64,000 nucleotides of DNA from Candidatus Zhuqueibacterota bacterium. GTDB taxonomy: Bacteria > Zhuqueibacterota > Zhuqueibacteria > Thermofontimicrobiales > Thiofontviventaceae. Shown here piece by piece: positions 48,210 through 58,137 of the stretch. The stretch is from NCBI GenBank assembly GCA_036351795.1, contig JAZBPW010000020.1:1418-65417 (forward strand). Reading direction: 5' to 3'. Below the pieces are notes generated by a model that was given only the letters and a program-made list of their open reading frames with translations, did no database searches and was not told the origin of the DNA. The stretch's first letter is position 1. Every line of letters starts with the position of its first letter. The position numbers were made by a program, and so were the translations under genes.

Positions 48210-48461
48210 ATGCCCGAAAAAGTGATTGAGGTGGATGTTCCTGTTCCGTCCCTCAGAGTCGTTGAACACCTATGCAAGGGATGCGGATTATGCGTTGAAC
48301 ACTGCCCGCAAAATTGTATCGAACTGGGCGATAAATTTAATGAACTCGGTTACAAGGCTGCCAGGTATCAGGGTGATGGCTGCACTGGATGCGGCATCTG
48401 CTTTTATTGTTGTCCGGAACCCGGAGCGATCATCGTGTACAAGAAATCAAGGGAGAAATAG
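48210..48461 (+). CDS. korD: 2-oxoacid:ferredoxin oxidoreductase delta subunit (2x[4Fe-4S] ferredoxin).
   Basis: '[12 protein letters not shown]', '[12 protein letters not shown]'. Confidence 0.8.
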   Translation: MPEKVIEVDVPVPSLRVVEHLCKGCGLCVEHCPQNCIELGDKFNELGYKAARYQGDGCTGCGICFYCCPEPGAIIVYKKSREK

Positions 48462-48464
48462 ATA

Positions 48465-49510
48465 TGCAGCGAGAATTGATCAAAGGTAATGAAGCAGTTG
48501 TCAAAGGCGCTATCATGGCCGGATGTTCTCTCTATTTCGGTTATCCTATTACTCCCGCAAGCGAGATCGCCCAGGCAGCAGCTTTCTATTTCCCGCTTAT
48601 GGGAGGCACTTTCATTCAGGCGGAGAGCGAGGTGGCGGCGATCAACATGGTGTACGGCGCTTCGTCGACAGGTAAACGCGTTATGACAGCCTCTTCAGGT
48701 CCTGGGCTCAGCCTGAAGCAGGAGGGTATCTCCTATTGCGCTGGTGCGGAGTTACCATGCGTGATTGTGGATGTGATGCGCGCCGGTCCCGGTCTCGGCA
48801 ACATCTGGCCGGAGCAAGGCGATTACAACCAGATGGTGAAGGGCGGTGGTCACGGCAACTATCGAAATATCGTCTTCGCACCCAATTCAGCGCAGGAAAT
48901 GTGCGATTTGACAATCCATGCTTTTGAAACGGCTGACAAATACAGAAATCCATGCGTTGTGTTGACAGATGCTTATGTCGGTCAAATGATGGAACCGGTA
49001 AAATTCCCCAAAAAGAGAAAGAGGATACCTGAAAAGGAATGGGCGGTGCACGGGGATGCGATTAGCAAAGAGAATCTCATCACATCAATACTGATGAACA
49101 CGGAATTGCTGGAAAAGCACAATGAAAAATTGGTGAAAAAATACCAGAGCATTGCAAAAAAAGAGGTCATGTACGAATCATTGAACACCGAAGATGCCGA
49201 AATCATCGTCATCGGATACGGCATCGTCTCCCGTTTACTGCTCAATGTCATGGAAAATCTGAGGAACCAGGGGAAAAAGGTGGGACTCATCCGGCCGATC
49301 ACGCTGTTTCCCTTTCCAACAGAGATCATATCTGCCGCCAGTGAGAGCGTCAAAAAATTCCTCGTCGTCGAGCTAAGCAACGGCCAGATGGTGGATGATG
49401 TTCGTCTTGCTGTGAACGGGCGTAGCGAGGTATACTTCTATTCACGCATGGGAGGTGCTGTTCCCTCTGTGAAAGAGCTCACAAAGGTTTTGCAAAAGTA
49501 TATTGATTAG
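48465..49510 (+). CDS. korA: 2-oxoacid:ferredoxin oxidoreductase alpha subunit (start moved to the ATG at 48465).
   Basis: '[35 protein letters not shown]'. The ORF track's earlier in-frame Met lies inside korD. Confidence 0.85.
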
Positions 49511-49533
49511 ACTGATTTATTAAGGAGACTATA

Positions 49534-50961
49534 ATGAAGGCAGCAGTTCTGAGTAAACCGGAAGCCTTTTATGATAAGTTCGAAAGAAAGGGAGGCGCTC
49601 ACCTCGAAACCACCCACTATTGTCCGGGGTGTGGACATGGCAATTTACACAAGATCATTGCCGAAGCATTGACTGATTTTGATGTGGCCGATCGTACGAT
49701 CCTCATTTCGCCGGTTGGATGCTCTGTCTTTGCCTATTATTATTTCGACGTCGGCAATGTGCAGGCTGCTCACGGGCGTGCTCCTGCCGTAGCCACAGGA
49801 CTGAAGCGTGCCAATCCCGAGAGTATCATCATCTCATACCAGGGGGATGGCGACCTTGCGGCAATTGGAGGCGACGAGATCATTCAGGCCGCAAACCGGG
49901 GTGAAAATATCACAGTGATCTTTGTGAATAACGCCATTTACGGGATGACCGGTGGACAGATGGCGCCGACGACGCTCGTCGGACAGAAAACAACGACCAG
50001 TCCGTACGGCAGAAAGATCGAAAATGAGGGATATCCGATAAGAATGGCCGAACTCATATCCACGCTGGAAGCGCCCATCTATGTCGAGCGGACGGCGCTC
50101 ATCGACTTCAAGACGATCAACCGAACGAAGAAAGCGATACGAAAGGCATTGAAAAACCAAATCGAAAACAAGGGTTTTTCCTTCGTGGAAGTTCTTGCTC
50201 CCTGTCCCACGGGATGGAAAATACCACCTGTTGAATCGCAGAAATGGATCCGGGACCACATGATACCCTATTTCCCATTGCACACATTCAAGGACAAGGC
50301 AGATGAGGTCGAGCCATTTGTTTACGACACGAAAGAGTATTCAGACGAGGATATGCTGGACATTCTCGGTCTCACGCGTCTCGGCAAAAAGAAGAAGATC
50401 GATCAGAACTTTGTGGACAATTTCCCGACGCAGTTCATAAAGATTGCCGGATTTGGCGGACAGGGTGTGCTTTCCGCAGGAGTCGTGATCGCCGCCTGTG
50501 CCATGCATGAGAATTTGAATGTGAGCTGGATCCCATCGTATGGTCCGGAAATGAGAGGCGGTACAGCGAATTGCAGCGTGATCCTGTCCAATCAGAGAAT
50601 TGGATCGCCCTTGACTACGGATCCGAATGTGCTGATCGTCATGAACACACCATCACTGGACGCTTTTGAGGATGATGTTGTTAAGGATGGACTGATCATC
50701 GTCAATTCGTCGATCGTCGACAGGAAGGTGAAGCGGAAAGACGTGGATACCATCTACATCCCGCTGACGGAGATTGCATCCAATTTGGGATTGACGGCGG
50801 CAGCGAACATGGTCTGCCTCGGCGCTTACCTGGAGTATACGAAGCTGATGGACAACAAGCTGTTGAGCGATATATTACCGCTCGCTCTCAAGCGCAAGAA
50901 CCTGGTCGATATAAATGTAAAAGCGATAGAAGCAGGTGTGAAGTTCATCCGCGAACAGTGA
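49534..50961 (+). CDS. korB: 2-oxoacid:ferredoxin oxidoreductase beta (TPP-binding) subunit fused to a gamma subunit.
   Basis: Beta: 'YCPGCGHG', 'GDGDLAAIGG'. Gamma-like C-terminal 190 aa: 'IKIAGFGGQGVLSAG'. Confidence 0.85.
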   Translation: MKAAVLSKPEAFYDKFERKGGAHLETTHYCPGCGHGNLHKIIAEALTDFDVADRTILISPVGCSVFAYYYFDVGNVQAAHGRAPAVATGLKRANPESIIISYQGDGDLAAIGGDEIIQAANRGENITVIFVNNAIYGMTGGQMAPTTLVGQKTTTSPYGRKIENEGYPIRMAELISTLEAPIYVERTALIDFKTINRTKKAIRKALKNQIENKGFSFVEVLAPCPTGWKIPPVESQKWIRDHMIPYFPLHTFKDKADEVEPFVYDTKEYSDEDMLDILGLTRLGKKKKIDQNFVDNFPTQFIKIAGFGGQGVLSAGVVIAACAMHENLNVSWIPSYGPEMRGGTANCSVILSNQRIGSPLTTDPNVLIVMNTPSLDAFEDDVVKDGLIIVNSSIVDRKVKRKDVDTIYIPLTEIASNLGLTAAANMVCLGAYLEYTKLMDNKLLSDILPLALKRKNLVDINVKAIEAGVKFIREQ

Positions 50962-51037
50962 AACTTAGTTCATGTTCAGGCGTTAAAGAAGTTTATAAAT
51001 TGAGAGTTATGCACGCCTTTGAGTGTGCTTAATATAA

Positions 51038-53623
51038 ATGAACGATTTTGAAAAAATTTTAACCAATCAAATGTTGCCGCTGGTATCCAAACCGGGACGC
51101 TATGTCGGCAACGAAGTAAATGTAATCCGTAAGGATTGGTCAGAAGTTGATGTAACCTTTGCTTTGGTATTTCCCGACCTTTATGAACTCGGGATGTCAC
51201 ATGTTGGTTTTCAAATCCTGTATCACGTCCTCAACAGCGAATCTTTCGTGTCAGCTGAACGTGTATTCGCTCCCGATGTTGATCTGGAAAGAATTTTAAA
51301 AGAAAGAGAATATTTTCTGTTCTCTCTTGAGAACAAAAGGTTTCTTCATGAATTTGATATTGTCGGTTTCACACTGCAATATGAACTTCATTATACCAAC
51401 ATACTGAACATGATCAATCTGGGTGGAATTCCACTCCACTCGAGCGATCGCCAGGCAAATCATCCAATCGTTCTTGCAGGCGGGCCCTGTGCCTTTAATC
51501 CGGAGCCAATGACCGACTTCATCGACGCCTTTGTAATCGGCGATGGCGAGGAAGTGGTATTGGAAATCACACAAGCGATCCGGCAGGCAAAGAGCAAACA
51601 GAAATCGAGAGTCGATATTCTGAAGGGTCTCGCCAATATATCCGGTGTCTATGTCCCACAATTTTATGGTGCAGAGAGCCCGGACAATGTATCGATCAAA
51701 CCGCTCGAGAAGGACGTTCCTGTCATTGTGAAGGCAAACGTTCTGAGCGCGCTGAAATCGCAGAACTATTCCGAGCGACCTCTTGTCCCGCTCATTGAGA
51801 CCACGCACGACCGTTATTCAATAGAAATCATGCGTGGATGTACAAGAGGTTGTCGATTCTGCAATGCCGGCGTCACCTACCGTCCTGTCAGAGAGAGGCA
51901 TGTCAACGAACTCATCGAGCAGGCGGTTCGTGTGATTGATAACACCGGATATGATGAGTTATCTTTGGTTTCATTATCCACATCCGATTACAGTCAGCTT
52001 CAGGAGCTGCTGAGCAATCTCGGGAGCACATTGAGCAGGAAAAACGTCAATGTTTCTTTTCCATCTTTACGCTCGGAAACATTCACACCCGAGATCGCCA
52101 GATATGCAAAGTCCGTACGAAAGTCCGGCATAACGCTCGCACCCGAAGCCGGGACTGACTATCTCAGAAGTGTGATCAACAAGAACAACACGAACGAAGA
52201 TCTGCTTCGATCGGTCACACTTGCGTACGATGAGGGATGGAATCTTGTAAAGCTCTATTTCATGGTGGGTCAACCTTTTGAACGGGACGAAGATCTGGAG
52301 GGGATTGTCAGTCTCGTGAGGCAGGTCATTTCCATTGCCAAAAAGTACAAGGGGAAAAACATCAATGTATCCATTTCACCGTTTTCTCCGAAACCGTTTA
52401 CACCATTTCAATGGGCCGGCCAAAACAGTATCGAAGAGCTGAATCGCAAGATCAATTTCATCCGGGATCGTCTGAGAAGCAACCGTCTCAAGTTGAGCTG
52501 GAGGAATCCGGAAGTTTCCTTTCTTGAGGCTGTCATCGGAAGAGGTGACCGGCGTCTCAATGCCGTGATCGAAAAGGCCTGGAAGCTCGGCGCGAAATTC
52601 GACGCATGGAGCGATCATTTCAATTTCGAGACCTGGCAGGACGCATTCAGGGAGAATGGCATTGATCCGGCAGAGTATGTCGGACAGCGCGATACAAAAG
52701 ACGCGCTACCCTGGGATCACATTGATAAAGGGGTCACCAAGAGTTTTTTGAAGCGCGAATATCAAAAGGCGCGCAAGGGAGAGGAGACTGACGACTGCAG
52801 ATTAAGCGGATGCAATGCCTGCGGGCTCATGCCCCAGCCGGTTTGTCAGGACATTATTCACGACAAAGTGAAAAAACCGGTGGCACACGCTTCGAAGAAC
52901 ATCTATGGACGCACGAAGAAAATGGTTCCAACCAGGCAAGATCCTGTGGCCAGTCAGTTTCGATTGAAATACCGCAAAGGAGACGAGATCCGTTACACAT
53001 CGCATCTCGACATGATCCGCATTTTTGAGAGAGCACTCAGAAGGGCGGATATAAAACTCGTTTATACCCAGGGTTTTCACCCGCATCCCAAAATATCCTA
53101 CGGACCATCGCTGGGAGTGGGTTTCACGAGCGAAGCGGAATATCTTGATATTCATATCTACCATGACCTGGATGCAGATATCGTCCGCAGATTGAACGAG
53201 TCTTTACCCGAAGGTATTGAAGTCACTGAAGCCAAACGACTCATCGGCAAGTACGAATCGCTGGTCTCTGTCATAAACAGGGCCGTACACAGAGTAACAC
53301 TCAACAAACTTTTTGACCAATCCTATCTTAAAGAACAGATCGCTGCGCTTTGGGATCGAGACGATTTATGGGTTGAAAGGATCAGAAAAGGATCTCTTCA
53401 GAATGTGGATATTAAACCGTACATCATGGATATCGAAGTCAATGGAAAACCGGATGTACTGCGGATCACCACCCATATGTCCCAGGGGAGCACCGCACGT
53501 ATCGGAGAAATTCTGAAAAGCGTGCTCGCATTATCGGAAGAAGATATCGCGTTATCGAACAAGACGCGGATGGAGCTCTTGATAGCGAATGATTCAGCGG
53601 TCGTAACACCCATGGAAATCTAA
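51038..53623 (+). CDS. Radical SAM protein of the TIGR03960 type, fused to a DUF2344 (TIGR03936) C-terminal domain.
   Basis: rSAM 'CTRGCRFCNAG'. C-terminal 'RYTSHLDMIRIFERALRRADIKLVYTQGFHPHPKISYGPSLGVG'. Confidence 0.8.
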   Translation: MNDFEKILTNQMLPLVSKPGRYVGNEVNVIRKDWSEVDVTFALVFPDLYELGMSHVGFQILYHVLNSESFVSAERVFAPDVDLERILKEREYFLFSLENKRFLHEFDIVGFTLQYELHYTNILNMINLGGIPLHSSDRQANHPIVLAGGPCAFNPEPMTDFIDAFVIGDGEEVVLEITQAIRQAKSKQKSRVDILKGLANISGVYVPQFYGAESPDNVSIKPLEKDVPVIVKANVLSALKSQNYSERPLVPLIETTHDRYSIEIMRGCTRGCRFCNAGVTYRPVRERHVNELIEQAVRVIDNTGYDELSLVSLSTSDYSQLQELLSNLGSTLSRKNVNVSFPSLRSETFTPEIARYAKSVRKSGITLAPEAGTDYLRSVINKNNTNEDLLRSVTLAYDEGWNLVKLYFMVGQPFERDEDLEGIVSLVRQVISIAKKYKGKNINVSISPFSPKPFTPFQWAGQNSIEELNRKINFIRDRLRSNRLKLSWRNPEVSFLEAVIGRGDRRLNAVIEKAWKLGAKFDAWSDHFNFETWQDAFRENGIDPAEYVGQRDTKDALPWDHIDKGVTKSFLKREYQKARKGEETDDCRLSGCNACGLMPQPVCQDIIHDKVKKPVAHASKNIYGRTKKMVPTRQDPVASQFRLKYRKGDEIRYTSHLDMIRIFERALRRADIKLVYTQGFHPHPKISYGPSLGVGFTSEAEYLDIHIYHDLDADIVRRLNESLPEGIEVTEAKRLIGKYESLVSVINRAVHRVTLNKLFDQSYLKEQIAALWDRDDLWVERIRKGSLQNVDIKPYIMDIEVNGKPDVLRITTHMSQGSTARIGEILKSVLALSEEDIALSNKTRMELLIANDSAVVTPMEI

Positions 53624-53641
53624 CTATGAAGATAGGATATT

Positions 53642-55159
53642 ATGCGAAAAGACATCATTATTAATTCCGGAATCAGCGAAACACGTATCGCTATTCTCGA
53701 ATCCAATCGGCTTGCTGAAATTTTCCTCGAAAGACCGGAGAATGAAAGAACAGTAGGCGACATCTATCTCGGCAAAGTTGTCAACGTGGTCAAAGGGATG
53801 CGGGCAGCTTTTGTCGATATTGGTCAGAAACAGGATGCCTTTCTCCACTTTTCTGACGTCGGCGAGACATTTTCGACGGTCAGCGCACTCATCGATACAT
53901 CGGATAACGGAGATGAGGTGGAGAACATCCCTGTCGGACAGATTAAAGTCGGACAGGAAATTCTCGTTCAGATCATCAAAGAACCAATCAGTACCAAAGG
54001 CTCACGAATCACCACCCAGATCTCCATTCCCGGCCGGTTCTGTGTTCTCGTACCCAATTCGAGAATGGTCGGTATTTCCAGAAAAATCGACAGCGTCAGG
54101 GAACGACGGAGGCTTAAGAAGACGGCGCGATCCTTGAAGCCAAAGGGATGTGGACTAATCGTGCGCACCGTTGCAGAGGGGAAAAGCGCCCAGATTCTGA
54201 AAGCCGATATCGATTCGCTGGTGAAGACCTGGGACAAGCTGCAGAAAAAACTGGTGAAGATGAAACCACCCAGTCTGGCTTACAAGGACATGGGAATGAC
54301 CTCCAGCGTGATCCGGGATCTTTTCACCAAGGACGTGAACAGGCTCGTCGTCGATTCCAGGAAACTCTTCCGGGAGATCACCACATATTTGAAGGATGTG
54401 GCGCCAAATCTGGTGAACAAGATCGAACTGTACAATAAAAAATATCCCATATTCGACGCTTTCAAGATCGAGACTGAGATTGAAAAGAGTCTGGCCAGGA
54501 AAGTGTGGATGAAGAGCGGCGGATATATCATATTTGATCATACGGAGGCACTCGTCGCCATTGATGTGAACAGCGGCAAATTCATGGGCAGAAAGACCCA
54601 TGAAGACAACTCCCTGAAGATCAATCTTGAGGCAGCGATAGAAATCGCCAGACAATTAAGACTGCGCGACATCGGAGGCATCATCGTCATAGACTTCATA
54701 GACATGCTGGACGAAGCGAACAAGAGGAAACTTTACAATTCGTTTAAGCGCGAATTGAAAAATGACCGCGCCCAGGCAAATATCACACCTTTGAGCGAAT
54801 TCGGCCTCATCGAGATGACAAGAGAACGGATCCGTCCAAGTTTGCTGTTCAGGTTCAGTGAAATCTGTCCCACATGCCACGGCATCGGCCGGGTGACATC
54901 CAAGAGCACTATCCTTTCACAAATCGAGAGATGGCTGAAAAAGTTCAAGTCTTCCAGCAAAGAGAAATCACTGCGGCTGAAGGCTCATCCGGAAATCCAT
55001 AAATACCTTACAGAGGGTATACGCAGCAGGATAAGGCGCATTATGTGGAAATACTGGCTGAGAATAGACGTCATTAGCGATGAATCGCTCGAAGTCGATG
55101 AATTCAAAGTGTTTTCAAAAAGAAAGAATACTGAGTTGACAAATCAATTTAAATCTTGA
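53642..55159 (+). CDS. rng: Ribonuclease G/E family (Rng; S1 domain plus catalytic domain).
   Basis: 'YLGKVVNVVKGMRAAFVDIG', 'IVIDFIDM', 'CPTCHGIGRV'. Confidence 0.85.
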   Translation: MRKDIIINSGISETRIAILESNRLAEIFLERPENERTVGDIYLGKVVNVVKGMRAAFVDIGQKQDAFLHFSDVGETFSTVSALIDTSDNGDEVENIPVGQIKVGQEILVQIIKEPISTKGSRITTQISIPGRFCVLVPNSRMVGISRKIDSVRERRRLKKTARSLKPKGCGLIVRTVAEGKSAQILKADIDSLVKTWDKLQKKLVKMKPPSLAYKDMGMTSSVIRDLFTKDVNRLVVDSRKLFREITTYLKDVAPNLVNKIELYNKKYPIFDAFKIETEIEKSLARKVWMKSGGYIIFDHTEALVAIDVNSGKFMGRKTHEDNSLKINLEAAIEIARQLRLRDIGGIIVIDFIDMLDEANKRKLYNSFKRELKNDRAQANITPLSEFGLIEMTRERIRPSLLFRFSEICPTCHGIGRVTSKSTILSQIERWLKKFKSSSKEKSLRLKAHPEIHKYLTEGIRSRIRRIMWKYWLRIDVISDESLEVDEFKVFSKRKNTELTNQFKS

Positions 55160-55234
55160 CAATTAACATAAAATTAATTATATTTTAAATTCTTAACTGT
55201 TATCAGTTTATAATATTCTAAAAGGAATCATTGA

Positions 55235-55570
55235 ATGTACGCAGTCGTTGAAATAGCAGGTCAACAATTCAAAGTTGAAAAGGGTGACAACATCCTCGCA
55301 CCCAAACTGGTGGGAAAAGCCGGGGAAAAGGTTGAATTCGATCGCGTTTTCCTGACATCCGAGAGCGAAGATGTCAATGTCGGCGCCCCGCTGGTGAAAG
55401 GCGCCACGGTGAAAGCCACCATCCTGGAACATGAAAGAGGTGACAAGGTTACCATCTTTAAAATGAAGAGACGCAAAGGCTACAGATTGAAAAAAGGTCA
55501 TCGGCAAGACTACACCCGTCTGCAGATCGATGACATCGTCGTGTCAGGAGGTAAGAAAAATGGCTCATAA
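55235..55570 (+). CDS. rplU: Ribosomal protein L21.
   Basis: '[18 protein letters not shown]'. Confidence 0.9.
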   Translation: MYAVVEIAGQQFKVEKGDNILAPKLVGKAGEKVEFDRVFLTSESEDVNVGAPLVKGATVKATILEHERGDKVTIFKMKRRKGYRLKKGHRQDYTRLQIDDIVVSGGKKNGS

Positions 55571-55808
55571 AAAAGGTGTTGGTAGTACAAAGAACGGTCG
55601 CGACAGCAATGCACAGATGCTGGGCGTGAAGCGATTTGCCGGGCAGAAAGTGACCGCAGGTAGCATACTCGTGCGTCAACGTGGCACGCGTATTCATCCT
55701 GGAACAAATGTCGGCATTGGAAAAGATGATACATTGTTTGCAAAAATTGATGGCGTTGTCGAATACAAGAGCAAAGGCCGGTCTAAAAAGATCGTAAGTG
55801 TGCTGTAA
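55560..55808 (+). CDS. rpmA: Ribosomal protein L27 (start at the internal ATG, MAHKKG...).
   Basis: '[29 protein letters not shown]'. Confidence 0.9.
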   Translation: MAHKKGVGSTKNGRDSNAQMLGVKRFAGQKVTAGSILVRQRGTRIHPGTNVGIGKDDTLFAKIDGVVEYKSKGRSKKIVSVL

Positions 55809-55884
55809 CGAATAGATCAGTTTCATCCTCAGCATGAAATAAAACCACGTTACTAACATATCATTTAAACTGAAGGAGAACGCT

Positions 55885-56820
55885 ATGGCAAGAAAGAAAA
55901 TCGCCCTGATTGGTGGAGGTCAAATCGGCGGTATTTTAGCGCTGCTTGTAGCTCAGAAAGAATTAGGTGATGCAGTGGTGGTCGAAATTCCAGAGAAAGA
56001 GGGTGTTGCGAAGGGTAAAACACTGGACATCATGGAGGCATCTCCATTGATGGGAGTGGATAGTAACCTGAGCGGTACAGCAAATTTTGATGATATCAAA
56101 GGTGCCGATGTAGTGATCATCACCGCAGGACTCCCACGGAAACCGGGTATGTCGCGGGAAGATCTCCTCGACGTAAATATAAAAATAATTTCCGGCGTCG
56201 CCAACCAGGTAAAGGAAAAATGTCCGAATGCTTTCTGTATTATCGTTACAAATCCCCTGGATGCCATGGTTTACTCTTTTAAAAAGATCACCGGTTTTCC
56301 CAAGCAAAAAGTTGTCGGTATGGCCGGAGTTCTCGATACAGGACGCTTCAATTCTTTCGTTGCCATGGAACTCGGCGTTTCAGTCAGAGACGTATCGGCG
56401 ACGGTTCTCGGCGGTCACGGACCCACCATGGTCCCGCTGCCCAGATTATGTACTGTCGGCGGCGTACCCCTGACAGAGCTGATGGATGAGGACAAAATCG
56501 AGGCTATCGTAGACCGGACGCGCAAAGCCGGAACTGAGATCGTTGGACTTCTCGGAAATGGCAGCGCATTCTTCAGCCCTGCTGTGAGTGCGATCGAGAT
56601 GGCGGAAGCATACCTGAAAGACAAAAAACGCATACTTCCTGCAGCCGCACTGCTTGAAGGCGAATATGGCATCGATGGGTATTACATCGGTGTTCCCGCA
56701 CTGATAGGCAGCGATGGTGTTGAAAAGATTATCGAGATCAAACTGCTGGATGAGGAAAAAAATGCATTGATGAACTCACTCGAGGCAGTGAAAAAAGCCG
56801 TGGCCGAAACAAAGCTTTGA
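55885..56820 (+). CDS. mdh: Malate dehydrogenase (LDH-like MDH).
   Basis: 'KIALIGGGQIGG', 'IVTNPLDAMV'. Confidence 0.9.
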   Translation: MARKKIALIGGGQIGGILALLVAQKELGDAVVVEIPEKEGVAKGKTLDIMEASPLMGVDSNLSGTANFDDIKGADVVIITAGLPRKPGMSREDLLDVNIKIISGVANQVKEKCPNAFCIIVTNPLDAMVYSFKKITGFPKQKVVGMAGVLDTGRFNSFVAMELGVSVRDVSATVLGGHGPTMVPLPRLCTVGGVPLTELMDEDKIEAIVDRTRKAGTEIVGLLGNGSAFFSPAVSAIEMAEAYLKDKKRILPAAALLEGEYGIDGYYIGVPALIGSDGVEKIIEIKLLDEEKNALMNSLEAVKKAVAETKL

Positions 56821-56847
56821 TACATTGAATCCAAAAGCATAAATAGA

Positions 56848-56888
56848 ACCTCCCATATAGATTGCGCATTATGGGAGGTTTTTTTATT
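56848..56888 (+). terminator. Intrinsic terminator after mdh.
   Basis: A 9-bp stem (acctcccat / atgggaggt), followed by 'ttttttatt'. Confidence 0.6.
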
Positions 56889-56946
56889 CATCTGCATCGT
56901 CTGGCCGTAATGTTAAAATAATAATGAATCGTAAAAGGAGTGCATT

Positions 56947-58122
56947 TTGATCAAGGAAAAAATCGATCAAGCGATCGAGATACTGAACGAAAAAAAGATC
57001 GACCTGTGGCTCATATTTGTGCGTGAAAGCCACTCTCTGCCCGACCCCAGCCTGGAACTCATCCTTGGCTCTCACTGTACATGGCAGTCCGCTCTGTTCA
57101 TCCCTGCAAAGGGAGAGACAACGGCCATCGTTGGCAATCTCGATGCCGAAGCGATCAAAGACACCCCCTATCAGAATGTCATCGCTTATACTGCATCCAT
57201 ACGCAAACCGCTTTTGGAAACGATGGAAAAAATCAATCCATCAAAGATCGCGATCAACTTTTCGCTCAACGACTATATGTCCGATGGCTTGACGCATGGT
57301 ATGTACATGCTTTTGCGGAATTATTTCAAGGACACGCCCTATATCGACCGTTTTGTATCTTCAGAATCGATCATATCAGCTGTCAGAGGTAGAAAATCGA
57401 GCACAGAAATCGAGCGGATGAAAGAGGCCATCGATGTGACGCTCAACATTTTCGACAAAGTGACCGGCCACGCGAAACCCGGAATGTCTGAAAAAAATGT
57501 TGCAGATTTCATCCGTGGAGAGGTCGAAAAGCATAAAATCAGCGTATCCTGGGATCCGTCGACATGTCCTTCCGTATTCACAGGGCCGGATACAGCAGGC
57601 GCTCACTACGGCCCCACGGGTCGCCTCATCAAGCCGGGCCATATCATGAACATTGATTTCGGAGTAAAAGTGAAGGAATACTGTTCGGATCTTCAGAGAA
57701 CCTGGTATTTCCTGAAACCGGGCGAAACCGATGCGCCACCGGAAGTCCACAAGGCATTCAATACGGTTCGCGATGCCATCCAGCTCGCAGCCGACTTCCT
57801 GAAACCCGGCGTACAGGGATGGGAAGTGGATGATGTCGCTCGAAAATATATCGTTTCGCAGGGATATGAAGAGTATCCGCATGCTCTGGGGCATCAGATT
57901 GGACGGGCCGCGCATGATGGGGCCGGTATATTGTGCCCGATTTGGGAAAGATATGGCGACCTGCCCTACCTGAAAGTTGAAGAGGGACAGGTCTACACCA
58001 TCGAGCCGCGTGTCACCTGCGACGGTTACGGTGTTGCAACCATCGAGGAAGAGGTGGTGGTTACGGAAAACGGATGCGAATTTATCTCGAATCCTCAAAA
58101 AGAGTTATTTCTTATTGGCTAA
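56947..58122 (+). CDS. M24-family Xaa-Pro aminopeptidase/dipeptidase.
   Basis: Creatinase/prolidase N-terminal domain plus a pita-bread fold with 'HALGHQIGRAAHDG', 'IEP'. Confidence 0.75.
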   Translation: MIKEKIDQAIEILNEKKIDLWLIFVRESHSLPDPSLELILGSHCTWQSALFIPAKGETTAIVGNLDAEAIKDTPYQNVIAYTASIRKPLLETMEKINPSKIAINFSLNDYMSDGLTHGMYMLLRNYFKDTPYIDRFVSSESIISAVRGRKSSTEIERMKEAIDVTLNIFDKVTGHAKPGMSEKNVADFIRGEVEKHKISVSWDPSTCPSVFTGPDTAGAHYGPTGRLIKPGHIMNIDFGVKVKEYCSDLQRTWYFLKPGETDAPPEVHKAFNTVRDAIQLAADFLKPGVQGWEVDDVARKYIVSQGYEEYPHALGHQIGRAAHDGAGILCPIWERYGDLPYLKVEEGQVYTIEPRVTCDGYGVATIEEEVVVTENGCEFISNPQKELFLIG

Positions 58123-58137
58123 TAACAGGACATCACA

